This document shows positions 15,001 to 27,399 of a stretch of DNA of 64,000 nucleotides, one piece after another. The notes beneath the pieces were generated by a model. That model did not search any database, was not told the DNA's origin, and saw nothing but the letters and a program-made list of their open reading frames with translations. The translations under genes were made by a program, and so were the position numbers. The first letter of the stretch is position 1. Each line of letters opens with the position of its first letter. This DNA is from Eledone cirrhosa (taxonomy: Eukaryota). The stretch lies in the NCBI GenBank assembly GCA_964016885.1, contig OZ024740.1:282906001-282970000 (forward strand). The letters are read 5' to 3'.

Positions 15001-18000
15001 GCGGTGTAGGTTTGTGTATAGTAGGGCAGGATGGTGTACAGTGGTGTAGGCTGGGGTATAGTAGGGTAGGATGGTGTATAGTGGTGTAGGTTTGTGTATA
15101 GTAGGGCAGGATGGTGTACAGTGGTGTAGGCTGGGGTATAGTAGGGTAGGATGGTGTATAGTGGTGTAGGTTTGTGTATAGTAGGGTAGGATGGTGTATA
15201 GTGGTGTAGGTTTGTGTATAGTAGGGTAGGATGGTGTACAGTGGTGTAGGTTTGTGTATAGTAGGGCAGGATGGTGTACAGTGGTGTAGGCTGGGGTATA
15301 GTAGGGTAGGATGGTGTACAGTGGTGTAGGATTGTGTATAGTAGGGCAGGATGGTGTACAGTGGTGTAGGCTGGGGTATAGTAGGGTAGGATGGTGTACA
15401 GTGGTGTAGGTTTGTGTATAGTAGGGTAGGATGGTGTACAGTGGTGTAGGTTTGTGTATAGTAGGGTAGGATGGTGTACAGTGGTGTAGGTTTGTGTATA
15501 GTAGGGTAGGATGGTGTACAGTGGTGTAGGTTTGTGTATAGTAGGGCAGGATGGTGTACAGTGGTGTAGGTTTGTGTATAGTAGGGCAGGATGGTGTACA
15601 GTGGTGTAGGCTGGGGTATAGTAGGGTAGGATGGTGTACAGTGGTGTAGGTTTGTGTATAGTAGGGTAGGATGGTGTACAGTGGTGTAGGTTTGTGTATA
15701 GTAGGGCAGGATGGTGTACAGTGGTGTAGGTTTGTGTATAGTAGGGCAGGATGGTGTACAGTGGTGTAGGCTGGTGTATAGTAGGGTAGGATGGTGTACA
15801 GTGGTGTAGGTTTGTGTATAGTAGGGTAGGATGGTGTACAGTGGTGTAGGTTTGTGTATAGTAGGGTAGGATGGTGTACAGTGGTGTAGGTTTGTGTATA
15901 GTAGGGTAGGATGGTGTACAGTGGTGTAGGTTTGTGTATAGTAGGGTAGGATGGTGTACAGTGGTGTAGGTTTGTGTATAGTAGGGTAGGATGGTGTACA
16001 GTGGTGTAGGCTGGTGTATAGTAGGGTAGGATGGTGTTCAGTGGTGTAGGTTTGTGTATAGTAAGGTAGGATGGTGTACAGTGGTGTAGGTTTGTGTATA
16101 GTAGGGTAGGATGGTGTACAGTGGTGTAGGTTTGTGTATAGTAGGGTAGGATGGTGTACAGTGGTGTAGGTTTGTGTATAGTAGGGTAGGATGGTGTACA
16201 GTGGTGTAGGCTGGGGTATAGTAGGGTAGGATGGTGTACAGCGGTGTAGGTTTGTGTATAGTAGGGCAGGATGGTGTACAGTGGTGTAGGCTGGGGTATA
16301 GTAGGGTAGGATGGTGTACAGTGGTGTAGGTTTGTGTATAGTAGGGTAGGATGGTGTACAGTGGTGTAGGTTTGTGTATAGTAGGGTAGGATGGTGTACA
16401 GTGGTGTAGGCTGGTGTATAGTAGGGTAGGATGGTGTACAGTGGTGTAGGTTTGTGTATAGTAGGGTAGGATGGTGTACAGTGGTGTAGGCTGGTGTATA
16501 GTAGGGTAGGATGGTGTACAGTGGTGTAGGTTTGTGTATAGTAGGGTAGGATGGTGTACAGTGGTGTAGGTTTGTGTATAGTAGGGTAGGATGGTGTACA
16601 GTGGTGTAGGTTTGTGTATAATAGGGTAGGATGGTGTACAGTGGTGTAGGTTTGTGTATAGTAGGGTAGGATGGTGTACAGTGGTGTAGGTTTGTGTATA
16701 GTAGGGTAGGATGGTGTACAGTGGTGTAGGTTTGTGTATAGTAGGGTAGGATGGTGTACAGTGGTGTAGGTTTGTGTATAGTAGGGTAGGATGGTGTACA
16801 GTGGTGTAGGTTTGTGTATAGTAGGGTAGGATGGTGTACAGTGGTGTAGGTTTGTGTATAGTAAGGTAGGATGGTGTACAGTGGTGTAGGGTGGTGTATA
16901 GTAGGGTAGGATGGTGTACAGTGGTGTAGGCTGGTGTATAGTAGGGTAGGATGGTGTACAGTGGTGTAGGTTTGTGTATAGTAAGGTAGGATGGTGTACA
17001 GTGGTGTAGGCTGGTGTATAGTAGGGTAGGATGGTGTACAGTGGTGTAGGTTTGTGTATAGTAAGGTAGGATTGTGTACAGTGGTGTAGGCTGGTGTATA
17101 GTAGGGTAGGATGGTGTACAGTGGTGTAGGTTTGTGTATAGTAGGGTAGGATGGTGTACAGTGGTGTAGGGTGGTGTATAGTAGGGTAGGATGGTGTACA
17201 GTGGTGTAGGTTTGTGTATAGTAGGGTAGGATGGTGTACAGTGGTGTAGGGTGGTGTATAGTAAGGTAGGATGGTGTACAGTGGTGTAGGTTTGTGTATA
17301 GTAAGGTAGGATGGTGTACAGTGGTGTAGGTTTGTGTATAGTAAGGTAGGATGGTGTATAGTGGTGTAGGTTTGTGTATAGTAGGGTAGGATGGTGTATA
17401 GTGGTGTAGGTTTGTGTATAGTAAGGTAGGATGGTGTACAGTGGTGTAGGTTTGTGTATAGTAAGGTAGGATGGTGTACAGTGGTGTAGGTTTGTGTATA
17501 GTAGGGTAGGATGGTGTACAGTGGTGTAGGTTTGTGTATAGTAGGGTAGGATGGCGTATAGTGGTGTAGGTTTGTGTATAGTAGGGTAGGATGGTGTATA
17601 GTGGTGTAGGTTTGTGTATAGTAGGGTAGGATGGCGTATAGTGGTGTAGGTTTGTGTATAGTAGGGTAGGATGGTGTACAGTGGTGTAGGTTTGTGTATA
17701 GTAGTGTAGGATGGTGTACAGTGGTGTAGGTTTGTGTACAGTAGGGTAGGATGGTGTACAGTGGTGTAGGTTTGTGTATAGTAAGGTAGGATGGTGTACA
17801 GTGGTGTAGGCTGGTGTATAGTAGGGTAGGATGGTGTATAGTGGTGTAGGTTTGTGTATAGTAGGGTAGGATGGTGTACAGTGGTGTAGGTTTGTATATA
17901 GTAGGGTAGGATGGTGTATAGTGGTGTAGGTTTGTGTATAGTAGGGTAGGATGGTGTACAGTGGTGTAAGTTTGTATATAGTAGGGTAGGATGGTGTATA

Positions 18001-18489
18001 GTGGTGTAGGTTTGTGTATAGTAGGGTAGGATGGTGTACAGTGGTGTAGGTTTGTGTACAGTAGGGTAGGATGGTGTACAGTGGTGTAGGTTTGTGTATA
18101 GTAAGGTAGGATGGTGTACAGTGGTGTAGGCTGGTGTATAGTAGGGTAGGATGGTGTATAGTGGTGTAGGTTTGTGTATAGTAGGGTAGGATGGTGTACA
18201 GTGGTGTAGGTTTGTGTATAGTAGGGTAGGATGGTGTACAGTGGTGTAGGTTTGTGTATAGTAGGGTAGGATGGTGTATAGTGGTGTAGGGTGGTGTATA
18301 GTAGGGTAGGATGGTGTACAGTGGTGTAGGTTTGTGTATAGTAGGGTAGGATGGTGTATAGTGGTGTAGGGTGGTGTATAGTAGGGTAGGATGGTGTACA
18401 GCGGTGTAGGTTTGTGTATAGTAGGGTAGGATGGTGTACAGTGGTGTAGGCTGGGGTATAGTAGGGTAGGATGGTGTATAGTGGTGTAG
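1..18489. repeat. 40-bp G/T-rich satellite array (consensus GTGGTGTAGGTTTGTGTATAGTAGGGTAGGATGGTGTACA), ~460 monomers, with ~6040-bp higher-order repeat
   Basis: Monomer read directly. Rare variants recur at 6040-bp spacing (ctaggg 621/6661/12701; gaggtg 1121/7161/13201; atagtg 1271/7311/13351). The array runs off the left edge of the window. Confidence 0.98.
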
Positions 18490-18566
18490 AAAGATATGAA
18501 ATAAAATGAGTTTAAAAATACCTGAAATTTGTAGCTAACTTTATTTTGGTGTAGAAATGATGATGC

Positions 18567-21140
18567 GGTGGTGGTGTTGTTTGTGGTTGGTTGTGGTGGT
18601 GGTGGCGGTGTTTGTCTTTGTTTGTGGTGGTGGTGGTGTTTGTGGTTGGTTGTGGTTGTGGTGGTGTTGTTTGTGGTTGGTTGTGATGGTGGTGGTGTTT
18701 GTGGTTGGTTGTGGTTGGTTGTGGTGTTGGTGGTGTTTGTGATTGGTGGTGGTGGTGGTGGTGGTGTTTGTCGTTGGTTGTGGTGGTGGTGTTTATGGTT
18801 GGTTGTGGTGGTGGTGGTGTTTGTGGTTGGTTGTTGTGGTGGTGGTCGTGTTTGTGGTTGGTTGTGGTGGTGTTGGTGTCTGTGGTTGGTTGTTGTGGTG
18901 GTGGTGTTTGTGGTTGGTTGTGGTGGTGGTGTTGTTTTTGGTTGGTTGTGGTGGTGGTGGTGTTTGTGGTTGGTTGTGGTGGTGGTGGTGGTGTCTGTCG
19001 TTGGTTGTGGTGGTGGTGGTGGTGGTGTTTGTGGTTGGTGGTGGTGGTGGTGTTTGTGGTTGGTTGTGGTGGTGGTGGTGGTGGTGGTGTTTGTGGTTGG
19101 TTGTGGTGGTGGTGGTGTTTGTGGTTGGTTGTGGTGGTGGTGGTGGTGTTTGTGGTCGTTTGTGGTGTTGGTGGTGTTTGTGGTTGATTGTGCTGGTGGT
19201 GCTGTTTGTGGTTGGTTGTGGTGGTGGTGGTGGTGTTAGTGGTTGGCTGTGGTGGTGGTGGTGGTGGTGGTGGTGTTTGTGGTTGGTTGTGGTGGTGGTG
19301 GTGTTTGTGGTTGGTTGTGGTGGTGGTGTTGTTTATTGTTGGTTGTGGTGGTGCCGGTGGTGGTGTTTGTAGTTGGTTGTGGTGGTGGTGGTGTTTGTGG
19401 TAGGTTGTGGTGGTGGTGGTGTTTGTGGTTGGTTGTGGTGGTGGTGGTGTTTGTGGTTGGTTGTGGTGGTGGTGTTGTTTGTGGTTGGTTGTGGTGGTGT
19501 TGTTTGTGGCTGGTTGTGATGGTGGTGGTGTTGTTTGTGGTTGGTTGTGGTGGTGGTGGTGTTGTTTGTGGTTGGTTGTGGTTGTGGTTGTGGTGGTGGT
19601 GGTGATTTTGGTTGGTTGTGGTGGTGGTGGAGTTTGTGGTTGGTTGTGGTGGTGGTGGTGGTGGTGTTTGTCGTTGGTTGCGGTGGTGATGGTGTTTGTG
19701 TTTGGTTGTGGTGGTGGTGGTGTTTGTGGTTGGTTGTGGTGGTGGTGATGTTTGTGGTTGGTTGTGGTGGTGGTGGTGGTGTTTGTCGTTGGTTGTGGTG
19801 GTGGTAGTGCTGTTTGTCGTTGGTTGTGGTGGTGGTGGTAGTGTTTGTCGTTGGTTGCGGTGGTGGTGGTGGTGTTTGTGGTTGGTTGTGGTGGTGGTGG
19901 TGGTGTTTGTGGTTGGTTGTGGTGGTGGTGTTGTTTATTGTTGGTTGTGGTGGTGGCGGTGGTGGTGTTTGTAGTTGGTTGTGGTGGTGGTGGTGTTTGT
20001 GGTAGGTTGTGGTGGTGGTGGTGTTTGTGGTTGGTTGTGGTGGTGGTGGTGTTTGTGGTTGGTTGTGGTGGTGGTGTTGTTTGTGGTTGGTTGTGGTGGT
20101 GTTGTTTGTGGCTGGTTGTGATGGTGGTGGTGTTGTTTGTGGTTGGTTGTGGTGGTGGTGGTGTTGTTTGTGGTTGGTTGTGGTTGTGGTTGTGGTGGTG
20201 GTGGTGATTTTGGTTGGTTGTGGTGGTGGTGGAGTTTGTGGTTGGTTGTGGTGGTGGTGGTGGTGGTGTTTGTCGTTGGTTGCGGTGGTGATGGTGTTTG
20301 TGTTTGGTTGTGGTGGTGGTGGTGTTTGTGGTTGGTTGTGGTGGTGGTGATGTTTGTGGTTGGTTGTGGTGGTGGTGGTGGTGTTTGTCGTTGGTTGTGG
20401 TGGTGGTAGTGTTGTTTGTCGTTGGTTGTGGTGGTGGTGGTATTGTTTGTCGTTGGTTGCGGTGGTGGTGGTGGTGTTTGTGGTTGGTTGTGGTGGTGGT
20501 GGTGGTGTTTGTGGTTGGTTGCGGTGGTGTTGGTGTTTGTGGTTGGATGTGGTGGTGGTGGTGGTGGTTGTCGTTGGTTGTGGTGATGGTGGTGCTGTTT
20601 GTCGTTTGTTGTGGTGGTGGTGGTGGTGGTGTTTGTGGTTGGATGTGGTGGTGGTGGTGGTGTTTGTCGTTGGTTGTGGTGATGGTGGTGGTGTTTGTCG
20701 TTGGTTGTGGTGGTGGTGGTGGTGGCGTTTGTGGTTGGATGTGGTGGTGTTGGTGGTGTTTGTGGTTGGATGTGGTGGTGATGGTGGTGGTGGTGTTTGT
20801 GTTCGGTTGTGGTGGTGGTGGTGGTGTCTGTCGATGGTTGTGGTTGTGGTGGTGGTGTTTGTCGTTGGTTGTGGTGGTGGTGGTGGTGTTTGTGTTTGGT
20901 CGTGGTGGTGGTGATGTTTGTGGTTGGTTGTGGTGGTGGTGGTGTTTGTGGTTGGTTGTGGTGGTGGTGGTGTTTGTGGTTGGTTGTGCTGGTTGTGATA
21001 GTGTTGTTTGTGGTGGCGGTGGTGGTGGTGGTGGTGGTGGTGGTGGCTTTAGTGGGCGTGTTGGTTGTGTTGATGGTGTTAGTGGGAGTTTTGGTTGTGA
21101 TGGTGGTGGTGGTGGTGGTGGTGGTGGTGGTGGTGGTGGT
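18567..21140. repeat. GGT/GTT-rich minisatellite (~27-35 bp unit TGTTTGTGGTTGGTTG(TGG)n) containing a 602-bp tandem duplication
   Basis: Unit visible by eye. Identical ORF translations 602 bp apart (19407/20009, 19535/20137). Confidence 0.92.
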
Positions 21141-21819
21141 GGAGTTGATGCAGGTACTGCTGCTTATAGTAGTATTAGTAGTGATGTTCTTCGTGTTTGT
21201 TAATGGTGGTGTTGCTGCGGGTGTTGGTGGTGTGATTGGTGAGGATGTTGGTAATAATGTTGTTGTTGGAAAGGGAAACGCTGGTGCTGTTGTTGGTGAA
21301 GGTGTTGGTGTTGATGCTGGCCTTAGTGGTGAGTGATATTGGAGCGTGTGTTTGTGCTGTTTATGATGGTGGTGGTAGTGATGGTGCGAACTGTAGTATT
21401 GTTGGTTTCAAAATGTGTTGTGGTAGAGTCCCGCACTGTTGTATATCTAACTTGGTGTTAGGGGGCGATTTTGCATGTATTCGCAGGACTGTAAGGATGG
21501 GACTTTGGTGTGGTAACGAACTGTGTCATTCAAACTTCAATAAGGTCTTTTATTTTTTTAGTATTTTTCTTTCGTTTAAAACTATGATCTGTGTACAAAC
21601 TTTTATGATGATAAGTAAGTTGCTTTTATGTTATTTGTAGTTTCCTGGTATTTGTGTTGATATTGGGAATATAGATAGTTTATGATGACTTTATGGTTTA
21701 TGTTAAGTGTTGTGGTTGATTGTATTTCATCTGCTCTGCTGTTCTGGTAAGAAGAGAAACTGTGGAATTGGTAGGTGCTACGTCAGGTTTGTTGTTATGA
21801 AAGCCGGGTTCTTTGGGAT

Positions 21820-22140
21820 GGCTTCTTAATGATTAGAGCATTGGGCTTCCAATCGTGAGGTGAGTTCCATTTTCGGACCGGGTGATGTGTTGTGTCCTTA
21901 AGCAAGATACATTATTTCACGTCACTCCAGTTTACTCAGCTGTAGAAATGAGCTGCGACGTCACTGGTGCCAAGCTGTATAGGCTATTGCCATTCCCTTG
22001 GACAACATTGGTGACGTGGAGAGGGTAGACTGGTATGCATGGGCAACTGCTGGCCTTCCACAATCACACACCTTGCCCGGACTTGTGCCTTGGAGGGAAC
22101 ATTTTAAGCTCCCTTGGTAATTCGTCACTGAAGGGGATCT
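21820..22140 (+). mobile_element. Diverged tRNA-derived SINE
   Basis: tRNA-like head, then TGTTGTGTCCTTAAGCAAGATACATTATTTCACG...CTCCAGTTTACTCAGCTG, a core shared with the SINE at 24923. Confidence 0.7.
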
Positions 22141-22418
22141 TTGATCTTTGATACAGAGTTAGAGTAACGTCTGGAGAATAATAAGAGAATTGGATTGAGA
22201 CGTCATCTGTGTATATCTTGAAAAACTGTGGGACGGTCATGTAGGTGCCGATTTAAAAGAGTGTGTTAGAAAATAGTGAATGTGGTGTACTTTTGTATAC
22301 CACATAAGCTCGTTAAACAAACCGATAACCAGAGTTTTGTGTTATTTCGTATGGAAATGCTGTACATTTGTATAGGCTGTGTTGTGTATTTGCAAAGGTT
22401 TGTTGATATTATTTACAC

Positions 22419-22748
22419 CAGAAGTCGGCAACTTCTTTGCCTCCACGGGCCGGATCGAGTATTAATGATGGATAGCGGGCCGGACGAAGGCCGTAAAAGA
22501 ATAATTATGGAAAATTACACAAGTTAAAATTCAACCACGAGTGTTGACTATACTTAAATATAATTTGTATTAACCACATATGAATGTTGCAATGAAAAAA
22601 CATCATGTAACAGCAGGCCTTTTATTGTATTCGAACGTCTCGTCTCTCATATTACAATAAACTTAAATTTTAAATAAACAAGTCATTGGGAATCAGTTCT
22701 CGCGGACCGGTCAAAATCCTTTCGTGGACCGTAGCTTGGCGACCCCTG
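22419..22748. mobile_element. hAT-superfamily (Charlie-like) non-autonomous MITE, 330 bp
   Basis: Imperfect TIRs CAGAAGTCGGCAA / TTGGCGACCCCTG, exact 8-bp TSD ATTTACAC (22411-22418 and 22749-22756), subterminal CGGGCCGGA motifs. Confidence 0.85.
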
Positions 22749-23159
22749 ATTTACACCATTACATCAATTTCTTATAAATATTTTGAGTAGTGTGAATTTT
22801 TGTGTGGGACTGTAGTATTGCATGTGTTGATTATGGGGGGGGGGAGCTGTAAATGGTGGTAGTATCGGTGTGAGTGTGTGTGTGAGTGTGTGTGTGTGCT
22901 TGTGTTTGTTTTGAAGTGGTGGGATTGAAAATAGTGTGGTGGGTGTTTGTAATGAAATTAAACAAATGATGGAGAGAAAACTAATTACTGACGGTGATGA
23001 AGGTTCTATTGGTGACGGCAGTGAGGGATGATGCTGTTGACGATGATGGGCCAACCAAACCGATCCTAATATTCTCCTCTTTACTGAGAGGATAAAATAA
23101 TACAGCGATGTCTTTGGATAATGATTCCCTCAATGACAATGAGAAATGTTCAATACTCT

Positions 23160-23281
23160 CACATGCACATATACATACAAACATACATACATACATAATA
23201 CATACATATATACATACACATATACATACATACATACACGTATACATACATATATATATATATACATATATATAATTTATG

Positions 23282-23321
<40 letters not shown>

Positions 23322-23417
23322 CATATTATATATATATATACACACATATATACACACATATACAACATACATACATAATACATACATATATACATACACA
23401 TATACATACATACACAT

Positions 23418-23464
<47 letters not shown>

Positions 23465-23483
23465 TATGTAATTTATGTATATA

Positions 23484-23514
<31 letters not shown>

Positions 23515-23655
23515 GTATGTACATATATATATACACACATATACATACAAACTTACATACATAATACATACATATATACACACACATATACATACATACA
23601 CATATACATACATACATACATACATATATACATATATACATATATATAATATATG

Positions 23656-23695
<40 letters not shown>

Positions 23696-23770
23696 TATAT
23701 ATATATATACACACAATCCTCCAACACACACACACATATATATATAGCCTCTGTGTGTGTGTGTGTGTGT
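23160..23770. repeat. Compound (TA)n/(TACA)n/(CA)n microsatellite with internal duplications
   Basis: Direct reading. Confidence 0.9.
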
Positions 23771-24286
23771 AGGTGTGTATGTATGGTATGTGTGTGCGAT
23801 ACAGAAAGATAATTAGCTTTTTTGTCATCTTGGATATTTTGAGTTTCAAGTTTCAATTAAGGAATCTTTGTTTAGGAGAGCATGGTTATATCAGAACATT
23901 TAGAATTATGTATATTGTTCTTTGCTGTGATGAAGGAGGGGGAGGGGGGATTACACGTGTAGAAAAAATAATATAAATTATTCAATTAATGAATGATATT
24001 AATTACCATATTACTCTATCAATGATATTTTTAAAAAAAACATAAACATATCAACAGGTTATTTACTGCAAATCATAATAATTTTACATTATGAAATATA
24101 TGAAAGGATTTATAAAAAATGCAAAACATAATGTTCACTAATAGAAAGCAATTGTATTTTTTTTAAATACCCACATAGTATGAATACATACAAACACACA
24201 TACAAAGCCATATATACATACAAATATACACACAAAGCCATATATATATGTATGTCAATATTTATTTATAAAACTGATCTATATAA

Positions 24287-24351
24287 TATTTTATCTGATG
24301 AAAGCACACCATAATTTAACTTGGTGCCCTTGAAAAATTTTTAATGAAATA
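24287..24351 (+). ncRNA. Type I hammerhead ribozyme motif
   Basis: Stem I TATTTTAT/ATGAAATA; CTGATGA at 24295; stem II AAG..CACCA/TGGTG..CTT; GAAA at 24332; short stem III; UUA site. Stem I is extended by TATTTATAAAAC/GTTTTATAAATA. Confidence 0.7.
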
Positions 24352-24390
24352 AATCTGGTTTTATAAATATAGTTTCCATTTGTTAATATC

Positions 24391-24454
<64 letters not shown>

Positions 24455-24521
24455 GGTGTCCCCATAAATTGTATACACACTTTGATTACCTCTACAAGCA
24501 ATATTTATTAGAATGTTGTAT

Positions 24522-24574
<53 letters not shown>

Positions 24575-24584
24575 TATAAATATA

Positions 24585-24688
24585 TAGGAACGAGTAGGAC
24601 CCCGACGGCTGAGCTCAAGCCGTCGAAACGGCTTGAGCTCAGCCGTCGGGGTCCTATTCGTTCCTATTACCCACTCTACTACCCTTCG

Positions 24689-24690
<2 letters not shown>
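24585..24690. repeat. Fold-back palindrome in (TA)n, built from the 3' half of a hammerhead-like motif (family C)
   Basis: GGAACGAGTAGGACCCCGACGGCTGAGCTCAAGCCGT-CGAA-ACGGCTTGAGCTCAGCCGTCGGGGTCCTATTCGTTCC; homologous to 41298-41490. Confidence 0.85.
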
Positions 24691-24743
<53 letters not shown>

Positions 24744-24749
24744 ACAAGC

Positions 24750-25665
24750 GTTGAGTGAGAGCGAACTTGAGCATTTTAAAGAAACATCAAAGTGGTTTGA
24801 TTATGAAAAGTATAAGTCGGGCATGTAAACCCTGAATTCGGAAAAAGTTTGTACAGCACAGCCAGTGGTACTCACATCCTCACCTGCAATATACCGTTAT
24901 TCCGTGCTTACTATTAACACCACACCGTGGAGGCACGTGGCATAGTGGTAAGAGGGTTGGACTTACGATCATAATGTCGTGGGCTAGATTCCTGGGTTGC
25001 GTGTTGTGTTCTTGAGCAAAACACTTAATTTCACGTTGCTCCAGTATACTCAGCTGAAAATGAGTACCAGCAATAGCTGGAGGTTTAACCCTGCGATGGA
25101 CTGGCGTCCTGTTCAGGGGGGAGTCTTGTACTCTCAGCCGCTTCACGCCATGAAACCGGGATAAGCACCGGCCAAATGAGCCTTCTGGCTTCAGACAGAC
25201 TTTAGACTATTAACACCAAAGCGAGACCGAAAACGTTTTCCGTTATATTAAATATCACATCACTGGCTGTAAATATAAACAATCTATTTTGAGCATCGTT
25301 GAGCGATTCAGGGTTTATATGTCCATCTTATAAGACTACTCGTATTTTTCATGGTCAAACAGTATTAATCTTTCAAATTTTTAACGATTTTAAAAATAGA
25401 TTACGTTCGTTTACTGCCGGAAATATAAGGCTTAATATGAGGGAAAATTTGTCGGTGTTACTTTGGTATAAATGGTAAACACGTCTTAACGGTATATTGC
25501 AGGTTTGGGCTCGATTTCGACGAGTGGAGGTATACAAAGTTTGTTTCCGTACTCACAGCTCACAGTATATATACCCAACATATGAGACTATTTTTCATGG
25601 TCAAACAACGTTGATGTTTCCTTAAAAAATTAAAATACAATTTATTTGGCTCTCATCTTGAACTT
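24750..25665. mobile_element. Diverged fold-back/MITE-like element interrupted by a SINE
   Basis: Inverted matches AAAGAAACATCAAAGTGGTTTGATTATGAAAA vs TTTTCATGGTCAAACAACGTTGATGTTTCCTT, and CCTGCAATATACCGTTA vs TAACGGTATATTGCAGG. Confidence 0.55.
24923..25205 (+). mobile_element. tRNA-derived SINE with conserved central domain, full length
   Basis: A-box-like TGGCATAGTGG head, central CCCTGCGATGGACTGGCGTCCTGTTCAGGGGGGAG, short-repeat tail, 13-bp TSD ACTATTAACACCA (24910-24922 and 25206-25218); second copy at 51874-52157. Confidence 0.9.
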
Positions 25666-27399
25666 TTGCAATTGGGATGAATTATAAACAAAATTTCCAA
25701 ACTGGCTCCACACAAAAATCTTTGGATATCGCTATCTTCTCTTGGTATCAGTTGCTGGACAATGACGCCTAAGCCATTTATTAACATAGTAATCTGTTTT
25801 CCCAAAGTAATTAGAGAAAGATGAAGTTTAATAAATATGAGATTGCTTACATGATTGATTAACAGACAGATCTCGTTTCTGTCATGATAAGTTCCGTACT
25901 AGTAAAGCCTCGGTCACAATCAAAGGAGATGCAGGCGATATTTTTTTTTTTAGCATCCGATTAAATGCTACAAATCCAGTGGAATATGTCACCTACTGCT
26001 GTGTAGAAATTCTCTTTCATTTTGAAAATATCAGTTTAAAACGTTTGGAAAGGGGCTGTATCAAGCTTTACAAATATCCCGTATAACTCAACTGGTCGCT
26101 TATCGACTTCTACAAGACTTAACTCAGGAATTATATTTCGTAGAAAGTTTGAAGTATCTAGTCGCGATCTTGTTGATTCATGAGAAAAAATTGGCGTGAA
26201 CAGCCGTTTTTATTTTCTTTTTGATATCGTTCATGATATTTATGACCAATCGATTGGGATTGATTAAAATTAACTTGATGTTATCTGTCAGTATAACGAA
26301 TGCAAATTCCATCTCCTAAATCGCACTTTCTCTTCTAATACATTTTTGCTCTTGCATTTTTTCATTGAATCTAAATATCGTAGGCTGTGGTGAATTATCT
26401 TGTCTGCATAAACTGTTGAAATAAGGAATGATCTCGGTATCAATACAGCCGGACAATGCAAGATCAAGCTACAGCAGGAATGATCTGCAACAATACAGAT
26501 TATTCCTAATCGCTTCTTCATTACTGGAAAAATAAAGATACTTCTTCTTCTTCTTCTTCTTCTTCTTCGCCCACTTATTTCCGAGAAGGTCGTGTAGGAA
26601 AAGTCCTCAAACAATCCTTCCAGTAGGACCTGTCAGAAGCAACCGTTTCCAACTATTCCGGCTGGATCTCCAAGCGAGACTAGCCAACCACATAAATATC
26701 ATCCAACCAGCCTGCTCGGTTGGTTTTACCTGTGAAATCTGTCCAAGGATTCTTTCCTTAAACAATCTAACCACATGCTCATAGTATGGGTATATTTTTG
26801 TGCATCTATCTCACGCCTCCAATAGGCTTGTTTTTAGTCTTCATCCGCCTGTTTCCTCTTGTGTCGGTAACAACCCATCATAGCACACTATCGTGGTGTG
26901 TGTTGCTAGTTCTCTTTTTATCCCACACTTTATCAACCTTAGTTTTGCCTCTCAATTCTCTCTTCACTATGTCAATAGCTTGCTAGTCAACATGCCCAGC
27001 AACTCTTACTCATATGCAGATGATACCCCTATCATGTGCTAGGCCACAGTGTTACTGAAGATCTCTCATGACCAACGCACATCCTTAATATTTCTGCTGT
27101 TCCTTACGTTGATATCATAGAATATATCCTGTTAGTTGGCATAAAGTTAATATGCATGTTCTACCTTATAGACATGTTGCCTCCCTCATCTATTATTATT
27201 ATTATTATTACTTCTATTATTATTGGTCGCCGAGAAGAGAAGGCGTACTTTTAGAGGCTCTGTGAGATTGTAAATTTAAGTTGTTTTCTTATTTATTGTA
27301 TTTGCTTTTTTCTGCAAAGGGTTCGTAGGATTCCCCTCTGTGCCCTGTAAAAGAGATACCTTATAATATTTAGGCCTTCCTTTATTTGTTTTTACTTAA

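Noticed and set aside
1-18489. CRISPR array or true telomere
   Set aside because: No unique spacers; not (TTAGGG)n; the G-rich strand runs toward the interior sequence
18557-21336. Many V/W/G/C-rich ORFs
   Set aside because: Translations of the GGT minisatellite, open in all three frames
23033-23107. Possible decayed hammerhead (GCTG-TTGACGA...AAAA..TA-CAGC)
   Set aside because: Two core mismatches and an unclear stem II
26570-27200. Possible old LINE remnant (YADDT-like at ~27013)
   Set aside because: Too decayed to assign strand or clade
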